DNA from: Candidatus Iainarchaeum sp.
Lineage (GTDB): Archaea; Iainarchaeota; Iainarchaeia; Iainarchaeales; JAXPJC01
Direction: 5' to 3'
DNA: 64,000 bases
Assembly (NCBI GenBank): GCA_016187745.1
Contig: JACPJC010000005.1
Span: 1 to 64,000, forward strand
Within the stretch, counting starts at the first letter, position 1. Each line of letters opens with the position of its first letter. The notes under the pieces are model-generated. The model did no database searches and was not told the origin of the DNA. It worked only from the letters and a program-made list of their open reading frames with translations. Shown here in pieces: positions 35,634 through 44,294 of this stretch. The position numbers and the translations under genes were made by a program.

Positions 35634-37706
35634 TTATGCCGAAACTGCTTGCATAATGGGCTTTGTTATTCCATCCTCTTTTTTATCGCGCTCCATTATG
35701 TAAATGCGCGAAGTTGCTGCTTTCTCCATTTCCTTGTCATGGGTTATGATGAAAACCTGCTCCACGAATTCAGGCAGGTGCGCCTTAAGCATTTTGCTGA
35801 ATTCTTCCACGGCAAGCACATCAAGGTTGTGCGTTGGCTCATCCAGAATTATCCAGCTCAGGTTCTGCGCGAGAACGAGGGAAAGCGCAATCCTTATTGT
35901 TATTGCCGCAGCAGAGCGTTCCCCCCCGCTAAGGATTCCCTCAACCCTTGTCCAATTATTGCGCGCATCCCTCACCTTAATCTCATAATTCCCGTTTTCA
36001 ATGTCAATTTTTGCTGAATTGTAGTCCGCGTAGGGATAGACCTTCCCCCAGACGTTGTGCATTGCCTGGTTTATCGCATCAATCATAAGATTGCGCAGCT
36101 CCCCCTGGCTTGCCTTCAGCGCATTTGTGAATATGCTTAGCTTTTCCACAACAGCCTTCATGTTCCCGATGTCAGATTCCATAACCTTCATTTCATTTTT
36201 CATCCCCTCAATCTTCCCGATATTCGCCTTTATGCCCCCGATAATCTCATTATTGCTTTCCAGCTCCTTATGCAGTGACTCAATCCCTGAAGTTTCCCTC
36301 ACATATTCATTTCTCGCATTCCTCAGCAAGGATTCATTGAAATTGAGCTCGCGCATCTTCTTCTCAATTGCTTTCTGCTTCTCCGCTGAATTCTGCATTT
36401 CCCTGATATAATTTTCCATCTTTCCTGCCTTCTCCGCAAGATTCCTGAACTGCATCTCCTTCTCCCTTAATTCCTTCAATGAATTTTCCGCAGAGCTTTT
36501 TTCCTGCCTTAGTTTGCTTCTCTGCGCGCCTATCCTCCCAATTTCAGCTTCGCTCGCCTTCAGCTGCTTCTGCAGCAATTCAATATCCCTCTCATCTTCC
36601 GCAACCAGTGCGCGCTTGGTCTTTTCATCCAGCGCGGACTTGCATATCGGGCAGGAGGCCTTTGCGCCCCTAAGCTGCAGCAGGTTTTCCTGAATTTCAG
36701 CAATCCTGCTTTCATGCACCTTTGCCTTCTGCATTTCACTGCTTGCAAGCAGGTTGTTCTTCTCAAGCAGCTCATCGAATTTTTTCATTTCATCCTCAAA
36801 TTCAGCAAGCTTTTTCCTGCAGCCTTCCGCTTCCTTCCCAATGTCGCTTAATTTCCTTTTTCCAAGCTCTCCCTCAATCCCGGAGATTATCCCGGAAATC
36901 TCCTCCGCGCGGGCCTTTGCCTTGAGCAATTCCTCATTAAGCATGTCGTGCTTCTTTTCCATATCCTCAAGTTTTTCAACTTCAAGGCGCAGTTTTTCAG
37001 CAACGCCCTTTGATTTTTCAATCCTTTTACCCAGTTCTTTTCCATGCAGGGTTTTTTCATCCAGCCTTTTGTTCAGCTCCGCAAGCTCGGAATCGCTTAT
37101 CCTGTTTTTTTGTTCTGCAAGAAGTTTCTCCCTGTCCAGCGCCATTGCCTTTATCCTGTTCGCAAGCGCCCCGGCCTGCTCCCTCGCGTTCTCATATCTG
37201 TCTATCGCAAGCAGCTCATCAATCTTACCCTTCCTTTCGGAGGGATTCAGGCGCAGGAAAAAATCAATCTGGTTCTGCTCCGCATAAACCGCGCGGGAGA
37301 ACAGGTCAAAATTAATTCCCAGGATTTCCTCCACTCTCTCATTGACGTCGCTTACCTTCGGCCCTGCAAGGAAGTTTGAGTTCCTGTATATTTTTGCCTC
37401 ATTGGTCTTTCTGCCAGAGCTTTTTTGCAATATCCTTTCAATCCTGTAATTTTCATTCCTGTAATCAAACTCTATTGCAACCTTCGCAAAATCAGCGGAA
37501 GTCGGCTTTGACATTATCACCTCGTCCTGCGAAAGCCGCCTTGCAAGCAGCGCAGGGAACGTGCCAAATAATGCATAGCTTATGGCGTCCATAACGCTTG
37601 TTTTCCCGCTGCCCATCTTCCCTATAATCACATTCGTGCCCTTCCCAAATTCAAGCACGCTGTGCTTATGGCTCTTCCAGTTCTCAAGCTCCACAAGGGA
37701 AATCAT
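35634..37706 (-). CDS. rad50: Rad50 SMC-family ATPase (short coiled coil)
   Basis: GKMGSGKTS, Q-loop, central CPIC zinc hook, LSGGE, LDEPT, ITH. Confidence 0.9.
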   Translation of the reverse strand: MISLVELENWKSHKHSVLEFGKGTNVIIGKMGSGKTSVMDAISYALFGTFPALLARRLSQDEVIMSKPTSADFAKVAIEFDYRNENYRIERILQKSSGRKTNEAKIYRNSNFLAGPKVSDVNERVEEILGINFDLFSRAVYAEQNQIDFFLRLNPSERKGKIDELLAIDRYENAREQAGALANRIKAMALDREKLLAEQKNRISDSELAELNKRLDEKTLHGKELGKRIEKSKGVAEKLRLEVEKLEDMEKKHDMLNEELLKAKARAEEISGIISGIEGELGKRKLSDIGKEAEGCRKKLAEFEDEMKKFDELLEKNNLLASSEMQKAKVHESRIAEIQENLLQLRGAKASCPICKSALDEKTKRALVAEDERDIELLQKQLKASEAEIGRIGAQRSKLRQEKSSAENSLKELREKEMQFRNLAEKAGKMENYIREMQNSAEKQKAIEKKMRELNFNESLLRNARNEYVRETSGIESLHKELESNNEIIGGIKANIGKIEGMKNEMKVMESDIGNMKAVVEKLSIFTNALKASQGELRNLMIDAINQAMHNVWGKVYPYADYNSAKIDIENGNYEIKVRDARNNWTRVEGILSGGERSAAAITIRIALSLVLAQNLSWIILDEPTHNLDVLAVEEFSKMLKAHLPEFVEQVFIITHDKEMEKAATSRIYIMERDKKEDGITKPIMQAVSA

Positions 37707-37741
37707 AAATAACCAGTGCGCGCAAACCAATAAAAGAATAT

Positions 37742-38002
37742 TCAAACAAGCGTCATTCCCGCAACTTCCACATTGCTCACTCCGCTTATCGCCTTTATTG
37801 CGCTTTCCAATGCCTCAAGCACCCCTTCAACCTTGTCCGGGAGAAGGTATGCCGCCTTAATCAGTTCCATTCCAAAAGCCACAGGCTCCTTCTTCACTTC
37901 CCTGAATTCCCCTTCCTTCAGCCCCCTGAGCGCCTTCTCTATGTGCGGAATGTCCCCCACATCCTCAGGATAAACTGCAAAAACCACGAACATCTTACCC
38001 AT
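37742..38002 (-). CDS. ef1b: Elongation factor 1-beta
   Basis: EPVAFGM motif; conserved position after the Zn-ribbon gene. Confidence 0.92.
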   Translation of the reverse strand: MGKMFVVFAVYPEDVGDIPHIEKALRGLKEGEFREVKKEPVAFGMELIKAAYLLPDKVEGVLEALESAIKAISGVSNVEVAGMTLV

Positions 38003-38023
38003 ATAAAAAACCGCCAAACAGGC

Positions 38024-38179
38024 TTAAGGGCCTGTAAATCCGCACTTCGGGCATGTGTATGTGTTTACAATCTCCCTGCAGTGCACGCATCTCACGATAT
38101 TGGACTTGCCGCACTTCGGGCAGCGGAACTCCGCATAGTCCCTTGTGACCTTCTTATTGCACGTTGTGCAGATTTTCAT
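38024..38179 (-). CDS. DUF1610/HVO_2753-family zinc-finger protein (51 aa, not in the ORF track)
   Basis: Manual translation MKICTTC...FRCPKCG...RCVHCR...YTCPKCGFTGP*. Confidence 0.92.
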   Translation of the reverse strand: MKICTTCNKKVTRDYAEFRCPKCGKSNIVRCVHCREIVNTYTCPKCGFTGP

Positions 38180-38262
38180 TGCATTCATACATTGCACCAA
38201 ATCCGTATTTTATAAAGGCTTAAATAATCAGATATAGTAATATTCCATATAAGCAAAGATTA

Positions 38263-38312
38263 AAAACCCTCCTGAAAAAGCGGAAGGTATCGGAAACGAA
38301 GGGTTTCTGATT
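38263..38312 (-). repeat. Repeat family A copy immediately upstream of tRNA-Arg
   Basis: AATCAGAAACCCTTCGTTTCCGATACCTTCCGCTTTTTCAGGAGGGTTTT matches both flanks of the nested hairpin in the tRNA-Gly(TCC) intron. Confidence 0.82.
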
Positions 38313-38315
38313 GCA

Positions 38316-38387
38316 GGACCCATCGGCTAATGGACAGGCCAGACGGCTTCGGACCGTCCAATGGGGGTTCGATTCCCTCTGGGTCCA
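38316..38387 (+). tRNA. tRNA-Arg(TCG), intron-less
   Basis: GGACCCA/TGGGTCC acceptor, GACGG-CT-TCG-GA-CCGTC anticodon arm, GGGGG-TTCGATT-CCCTC T arm. Confidence 0.95.
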
Positions 38388-38396
38388 ACCACCAAT

Positions 38397-38448
38397 CCCT
38401 TTTCTTTTAGGAAAAGAAAAGGTCTAGGTTTTACCCCAAAAGAAAAAT
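38397..38448 (+). repeat. Repeat family B copy immediately downstream of tRNA-Arg
   Basis: CCCTTTTCTTTTAGGAAAAGAAAAGGTCTAGGTTTTACCCCAAAAGAAAAAT. Confidence 0.8.
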
Positions 38449-38475
38449 AGGTTTCAAGTTGCCAAAAAGAAAATG

Positions 38476-39789
38476 CTATATGAATTTGTTTTTCCTTAAC
38501 AGGCCTTCCAGATTTGGCTTTCCTAATTCCTCCAATTCGTAGCTAACTTCGATTGCAGGCTTATTGAGTTTCAGTATTCTTGCAAGATTCACAGGCGTTG
38601 CATCCACAACATAATCGCACGGGGTCCTGTTTATTGTTGATTCCAGCTCAGCAACCTGCTTTTTTCCATAGCCGAGCGCAGGCAACACATTGCGCAGATG
38701 CTTCCATTTTTTCAATTCCTTCCTTAATGAGCCGACAGCATACTTATGCGGAGCAATGATTATTGCCTTGTGCTTTTTTGCAACAATAATGCCTGCGCCA
38801 TAAGCCATGTTCCCATGTGTAAGCGTAGGGCCATCCTCAACAACCAGGACCTTTTTATTATGCATTTTCCAGGCAAGCGGAGAAATCAATTCCGAATTTG
38901 CCTTTACAATCCTTGCATTTGGATTCACAAGCCTCGCATTTTCAATTATCTCTTTTATTGCCTTTTTCTTTGCGGTATTCATCTTGTTTATTACAATCAC
39001 ATCAGCCATCCTGAAGTTTGTTTCTCCGGGATGATAAAGCAGCTCGTGCCCCGCCCTGTGCGGATCGGTAACAACAATCAGCAAATCCGGTTTTATGAAT
39101 GGGAAATCATTATTGCCTCCATCCCAAATTATTACTTCAGCTTCCTTTTCAGCAGCACGCAGGATTTTTTCATAATCCACTCCTGCATAAACTATTGCGC
39201 CCCTTTCAATCAAGGGTTCATACTCCTCCATTTCCTCAATTGTGCACTTTTGCCTTTTCAAATCATCAATACGCTCAAACCTCTGGCATCCCTGCAGCAG
39301 CAAATTCCCATAAGGCATTGGATGCCTTATCACAACCGCTTTCTTTCTGTGTGTTTTCAGAATATCAAGGATTCTCCTTGTGGTCTGGCTCTTTCCCGAG
39401 CCTGTGCGGACTGCACATACAGCAATTACTTTCTTCGTTGATTCCAGCATTGTTTCCTTTGGCCCAAGAAGTGAAAAGCCCGCTCCGCAGGCAAGCACGA
39501 TGCTCGCCTTGTGCATGACCTCTTCATGGCTTACATCAGAATAAGCAAATACAACTTCATGCGCATTGAATTTCTTAATCAATTTTGGCAGTTCTGCTTC
39601 AGGATAGATAGGAAGCCCTTTTTTGTACAATCTGCCGGCAAGTTCTGCAGGATATTTGCGATTTGTAATTTCTGGAATCTGAGTTGCAGTAAAACAAACA
39701 ACATTATAATTCGGATTATTTCTAAATGCTATATTGAAATTGTGGAAATCCCTTCCAGCAGCGCCCATTATTATTACGTTTCTGCGCAT
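38476..39789 (-). CDS. cDPG-synthetase-like P-loop protein, ArcE (arginine synthetase)-type
   Basis: IMGAAGRDFHNFN, RTGSGKSQT, RHPMPYG, WDGGNND, EDGPTLTHG. Confidence 0.85.
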   Translation of the reverse strand: MRRNVIIMGAAGRDFHNFNIAFRNNPNYNVVCFTATQIPEITNRKYPAELAGRLYKKGLPIYPEAELPKLIKKFNAHEVVFAYSDVSHEEVMHKASIVLACGAGFSLLGPKETMLESTKKVIAVCAVRTGSGKSQTTRRILDILKTHRKKAVVIRHPMPYGNLLLQGCQRFERIDDLKRQKCTIEEMEEYEPLIERGAIVYAGVDYEKILRAAEKEAEVIIWDGGNNDFPFIKPDLLIVVTDPHRAGHELLYHPGETNFRMADVIVINKMNTAKKKAIKEIIENARLVNPNARIVKANSELISPLAWKMHNKKVLVVEDGPTLTHGNMAYGAGIIVAKKHKAIIIAPHKYAVGSLRKELKKWKHLRNVLPALGYGKKQVAELESTINRTPCDYVVDATPVNLARILKLNKPAIEVSYELEELGKPNLEGLLRKNKFI

Positions 39790-39799
39790 TCCTCACTCC

Positions 39800-41182
39800 C
39801 TATTCCATAAATTCTTCCTTTCCCTTGAGATAGCGCGTCAAAAAGCGCCGGAATTCCGCATTCTTCCCGTAAAGCGCCGATATTCCTTTCGCATCCAGAA
39901 CCCTGCAGCCGGATTTTATTGCGCGCTTTATGTCTTTTTTCTCCTTTTTTGCCAATTCCTTTGCATTAACGCAAAGCAGCTTTTTCACATCCGCAAATTC
40001 GCGCCTTGTTTCAATCACCCAGCGCCCTTTCTCAATCCTGGGACCTGAAATTATCCTCCCCTTGTGCGCCGCAATAAATCTTTTTTGGTTTTCCAAATCC
40101 TCCGCAAAAGGCCCGATGCGCCCCATTGTTTTCGGAAGCGCCAATTCCTTAAGCTCGTAAATCAGCGCAATTGTTTTTTTCTCATCGCTCCAGCTGTCTG
40201 AGCGCACAACATCAAATTCATACTGCTTCAGCTGCACAGAAATCTTCCTCTCAAGCCTTCTCAGTTCGCCCCACATTATGTCCGGCAGGACATTCTTCGG
40301 ATATGCCAGCTGCAGCGCAATTATTTCCTTTTTTGAAAGCATTTGCCTTATTTTCCCAATGCCCCAGCATTTCACAAGCTCTGGAAAGAAAAATTTCTCA
40401 GCCGGCTTTTCCAAAAACGCATTTGCAGCAAGCACCATCCTTTCAAACTGCTCGCGGGAAAGCGCTGCAGCAACATTCCTCCCCTTGTCTATCGGGTCAA
40501 TTATTATAAGCGCAGAAGCAGGGAACATTTTTCTCACATCTTTCTCATTCCAATAACCCTCCAAATCAATTACCTTCCCGAAATGCCACTCCGCAATTGC
40601 CTTCAGGCAGTCCTCAAATTCCCCATATTCCAGAATAAGCAGCTCAATTACATATCCCGGAACGCTTGCAAATTTCAGGTCAGCGCCATAACAGCCGATT
40701 CCCTTCATGAACTGGCGCAGCAATCTTACTTCGCTCCTGTGCCCTTCATTCAGGTTCTTCAGCAGGTATTTTGTATGAAAGGCAGTCCGGTCAACAGCAC
40801 TTTTCAGTTCCCCTGTGTGCTCAATCTTATAGCTCGGAACAATCTCAACATCATACCCTTCAACATTTGCGCGAAGGTAAGGATGTTCGGAATACGCCTC
40901 AAACCATTTGTATCCCTTAAGCACCTTCTTTCCGATGCGAAGCCCCTCCTTTACAAATTCCTCCCTTGAGAGATGCTTTGGAAACAAAACAAAAATATCA
41001 ATGTCCCTGTCGCCTTTAAGATGGGTGTTCCGCGCAAGAGAGCCGGCCAGCAGGCAATCGACATGCCTGCCCTCCATTGATTTTATCTTCCCAATAAGTT
41101 TGTCCGCAAGCGCAATTTCGCTTGCATACTCCAAGGCGCTTGGGGTTATTTTTGCAAGCACTTTTTGCAGCAGCTTGTCCAT
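39800..41182 (-). CDS. cca: Class I CCA-adding enzyme
   Basis: GSLARNTHL..DRDIDIF, EHPY, SAVDRT, IDP.D..RNVAAA. Confidence 0.96.
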   Translation of the reverse strand: MDKLLQKVLAKITPSALEYASEIALADKLIGKIKSMEGRHVDCLLAGSLARNTHLKGDRDIDIFVLFPKHLSREEFVKEGLRIGKKVLKGYKWFEAYSEHPYLRANVEGYDVEIVPSYKIEHTGELKSAVDRTAFHTKYLLKNLNEGHRSEVRLLRQFMKGIGCYGADLKFASVPGYVIELLILEYGEFEDCLKAIAEWHFGKVIDLEGYWNEKDVRKMFPASALIIIDPIDKGRNVAAALSREQFERMVLAANAFLEKPAEKFFFPELVKCWGIGKIRQMLSKKEIIALQLAYPKNVLPDIMWGELRRLERKISVQLKQYEFDVVRSDSWSDEKKTIALIYELKELALPKTMGRIGPFAEDLENQKRFIAAHKGRIISGPRIEKGRWVIETRREFADVKKLLCVNAKELAKKEKKDIKRAIKSGCRVLDAKGISALYGKNAEFRRFLTRYLKGKEEFME

Positions 41183-41235
41183 GTTAGCAATTATATAGAA
41201 AGAGGAATATATTGGTTTTGTTTAAACAAAACCAA

Positions 41236-41772
41236 CTACTTAAGCATTACTCTCCTTACCACACTATATTCAGGCCCACTCCGCATGAGCTTGCTTTCCA
41301 TTATGTCAATGCTTTCCACTTTAATGTTTGCGGAGTAATTTTCGGCCTTCAATCTTCCAAGCACCTCATCAACTTCCCTTCTTTTTAGCATTTTATTCCT
41401 TGCAAGAGTGATATGCGCATGGAACCTTTCATCATGGAGACTGAGCGCATCATCAATCATTGCGGAAATGCGCTGAAACTCCCCGCTTCCTTCAGCAATT
41501 CCAATCCATATTACGCGCGCATTGAAATCCCCAATCCCTGAAATGGTTGCATTGAAGCGGGTCTCATTTTCAATAATTTGCATTTTTTCCCCAATTTCCT
41601 CCAGCTTTTCATCGCTTACATAACCCAAAAATTTCATTGTTATGTGCAGGTTCTGCATTCCCACAACCTTGCACTTTTCTTGCGGAATTTTGCAACTCAG
41701 CCTTTCATAAATCTGCCGCTTGATTTCCTCAGGCAGATTGACTGCAATGAAAATCCTTCTAAATTCCGCCAT
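41236..41772 (-). CDS. thpR: RNA 2',3'-cyclic phosphodiesterase (2H family)
   Basis: Two HxT motifs (HITM, HITL), RIFIA, GPEY. Confidence 0.93.
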   Translation of the reverse strand: MAEFRRIFIAVNLPEEIKRQIYERLSCKIPQEKCKVVGMQNLHITMKFLGYVSDEKLEEIGEKMQIIENETRFNATISGIGDFNARVIWIGIAEGSGEFQRISAMIDDALSLHDERFHAHITLARNKMLKRREVDEVLGRLKAENYSANIKVESIDIMESKLMRSGPEYSVVRRVMLK

Positions 41773-41776
41773 ATTC

Positions 41777-42177
41777 TCACACAAGCCTTAAAATGAAAGT
41801 CTTTGTTCCAACATAATTCTTGGGATATATTCTCACAGGCTTCCATTCTTTTGCCTTTGCCATGACTCTCAGCATCCCGTGATTTTCAGAGCTTACATCA
41901 ATAAACAATTTCCTATTTTGTTTTTCTTTGCATAATCTGCAATGTCCTTAAGAAATTCTCCAGCCAGATCATGCCCCCTGCGCTTCGGATGCACATACAC
42001 CCTGGATATGTGCAAGCCGTATTTGCCTTCCTTGTGGAACAAAGCGAATGAGCCTCCTATCTTGCGTGGCACATTAATTAATGCTGGTTCCGGGAGAGCG
42101 TTTGCATGCACAGGCTTTCCTGAATGTGCAATAATCACATTTCCATATCTTGCATGATTTATTTTCACGCGCCTCAT
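41777..42177 (-). pseudogene. GNAT acetyltransferase-like orphan with a single frameshift near 41912
   Basis: ISRVYVHPKRRGHDLA motif A; a shifted frame continues KLFIDVSSENHGMLRV...FILRLV* up to the thpR start. Confidence 0.7.
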
Positions 42178-42782
42178 TCCAGTTTCTCCTTCGCGGCTTT
42201 CTCAAGCCTCTTCAAAAGTTCGTAATTCTTCCTCAGTTTGCTGTTTGCCTCATCCAGTATCTGCTTCATATATTCCCTCTCAATGAGTATTTTCGCGCCC
42301 TTTTTTACAGGCAGGCTTATGCTTTGAGTGCCAACAAACTCCGCAATGCATTTTCCCTTCTTTGCGACTATTATGCCCCCGCGCTTTACCCCCGCATTGC
42401 GCATCACATTTAGCAATGAATCCGCATCCCCGAGGCTTTTTGTTCCAATGTGAATTATGAACGGCTCCATCTTGAACCAGAGGGTTCCAGTGCTCTTCGC
42501 TTCCAATCCCCTCCATAATTCAGCAAATTTAACCGCGCGGTGCCATTTCCTGTGGAAGTAGCTTTCCTCCTTTGTTCCCTTACCATACAATCCCAGAAGC
42601 ATTATCCTTCCCGCGCACCCGGATGAAGTGAAAAAATTCTTTGTGGAATTTATGTAATTGCACAAAGAAAGCATTTTTTCATCAGCCTTTCCTTCCCTTA
42701 CCGCATTTTCCCAGTTTTCCCTGTTGTGCAGCTTGCTCATCCTCCAGCGCTCATTTTCCGAAAAATCCATAAGCCTCTTCAT
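42174..42782 (-). CDS. taw3: tRNA wyosine methyltransferase Taw3/TYW3
   Basis: FTSSGCAGRI, KWH, EPFIIH. Confidence 0.92.
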   Translation of the reverse strand: MKRLMDFSENERWRMSKLHNRENWENAVREGKADEKMLSLCNYINSTKNFFTSSGCAGRIMLLGLYGKGTKEESYFHRKWHRAVKFAELWRGLEAKSTGTLWFKMEPFIIHIGTKSLGDADSLLNVMRNAGVKRGGIIVAKKGKCIAEFVGTQSISLPVKKGAKILIEREYMKQILDEANSKLRKNYELLKRLEKAAKEKLE

Positions 42783-43438
42783 ATTTCAAATTGCACCTTC
42801 AGCAGTTTCATTTTTCCGTTAAGTTCGGCGAGCAGGGCATTCCCCTCTTTCAGCGGGCCGACATTTATGGATTTTGTTTTTCCAATTTCAATCTCCCCCT
42901 TCGCCTCGTGCACATGCGCGCATATGTGCAGCAGGGGCTGGAACTTCTCAATCGCCCTGCTTATTTCCCTGCAGCCGAGATGCACGCCAAATCCCGCAAG
43001 GTCAATTTTTACATTATACGGGGGGGAATGCGTAACAAGGATTGTTTTTTTCGGGTTCGTTCCGGGAAGCAGCCCATTCAAAACTTTTTTTGCCTCCAAA
43101 TCCCCGAGGCTGAACTTATAAAAAGTGTGGTAGGGGATTGCGCCGCCAAGCCCGATGAAAGCATAGCCCCCGAATTCAATTTTTCTCTTGTGCAGGAGAA
43201 TTCCCTTTTTCTCCAGCAGTTCCACAACTTGCTTGCCGTCCATGTTCCCCGGAACCGCAATTATTTTTTCCGCAAAATCCAGCTCATTTAGGACCCTTTC
43301 AGCGCTTTCAGCCATGCCGTCATCAGTTATGTCCCCGGCAATTGCAATCAAACCAATCCCGGCACCTGAAAATTTCTCCTTAAGCCTCCGCGCGGCAAGC
43401 GCATTGGAATGCGCATCAGCAATGAAAAGCACTTTCAT
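42779..43438 (-). CDS. Calcineurin-like metallophosphoesterase
   Basis: DAH, GDITD, GNMD, THSPP, HVHE. Confidence 0.92.
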   Translation of the reverse strand: MKVLFIADAHSNALAARRLKEKFSGAGIGLIAIAGDITDDGMAESAERVLNELDFAEKIIAVPGNMDGKQVVELLEKKGILLHKRKIEFGGYAFIGLGGAIPYHTFYKFSLGDLEAKKVLNGLLPGTNPKKTILVTHSPPYNVKIDLAGFGVHLGCREISRAIEKFQPLLHICAHVHEAKGEIEIGKTKSINVGPLKEGNALLAELNGKMKLLKVQFEI

Positions 43439-43489
43439 GAAAACCAACCTTTATAATTTTATATCCTTAATTATATATTGGGGTGCAGA

Positions 43490-44290
43490 ATGTTAAATAA
43501 GTTTGTTATTTTGCTTCTTTTGACCCTTATGCTGGGCTTTGCAAGCGCGGACATTCTGATAACTTCCCCAATGGAAAGCCGCCTTCTCCCGAATGAAAGG
43601 CTCGAGCTCGGCTCAATTTCTCCCGGAGAAACGCTCATAATAGGCATTAATTCAGACACGGGCTACACGACCCAGCAGAAATGGAGCAGGGCGGAATTCA
43701 TTGCGGAAACGCTCCCCGAGAACTGGGAATACACTAACTCAAAATACCTTGCGGATGTTTTTACACTGCAGCTGAAAGTTCCGGAAGATGCGGAAAAAGG
43801 CGCATACAATGCGAAAATAAAGCTTACAGACGTGAAGCACAACATTCCGGATGAATTTGTGCAGCTTCTTTTCTATGTTGAGGACAATTTGATAACCGCG
43901 GACATTTCGGATTTGAGGCAGGATGTGGTTGTTGGAACCGAAGCAAAATTCAAGCTCACAATAATAAACGACTCAATAGCTGAACATGAAATTTCTGTTT
44001 CCTCAACGCTCCCGAGCTACTGGTTTGCGGAGCAGAAAATAACAGCAAAGCCGAAATCAGTAATCACAAAAACCCTTAAGGTCGATCCGAGGGTATATGG
44101 CGCAAAGCAGTTTGATTTTTACATAGCTTCAGAACAAACAGGAAAGAAAATCGCAACATTCAATGCGCAGCTGAATGTTCTCCCTACCCCCCCAAGCAAG
44201 TTCGCGTCCGGCTTCAACGGCCTTGCGTTCTTCACCCCGAACATGCTTGTAAGCTATTTCATAAACTCATTCATAAGCCTGCTTGGTTAA
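43490..44290 (+). CDS. Secreted/membrane-anchored hypothetical protein with Ig-like domains
   Basis: Signal peptide, beta-rich body, amphipathic C-terminus. Confidence 0.75.
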   Translation: MLNKFVILLLLTLMLGFASADILITSPMESRLLPNERLELGSISPGETLIIGINSDTGYTTQQKWSRAEFIAETLPENWEYTNSKYLADVFTLQLKVPEDAEKGAYNAKIKLTDVKHNIPDEFVQLLFYVEDNLITADISDLRQDVVVGTEAKFKLTIINDSIAEHEISVSSTLPSYWFAEQKITAKPKSVITKTLKVDPRVYGAKQFDFYIASEQTGKKIATFNAQLNVLPTPPSKFASGFNGLAFFTPNMLVSYFINSFISLLG

Positions 44291-44294
44291 ATTT

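Noticed and set aside
42779-43438. Metallophosphoesterase as the missing Mre11
   Set aside because: Too short, lacks the DxHLG/GNHD pattern and capping domain; it is a generic Icc-like enzyme.
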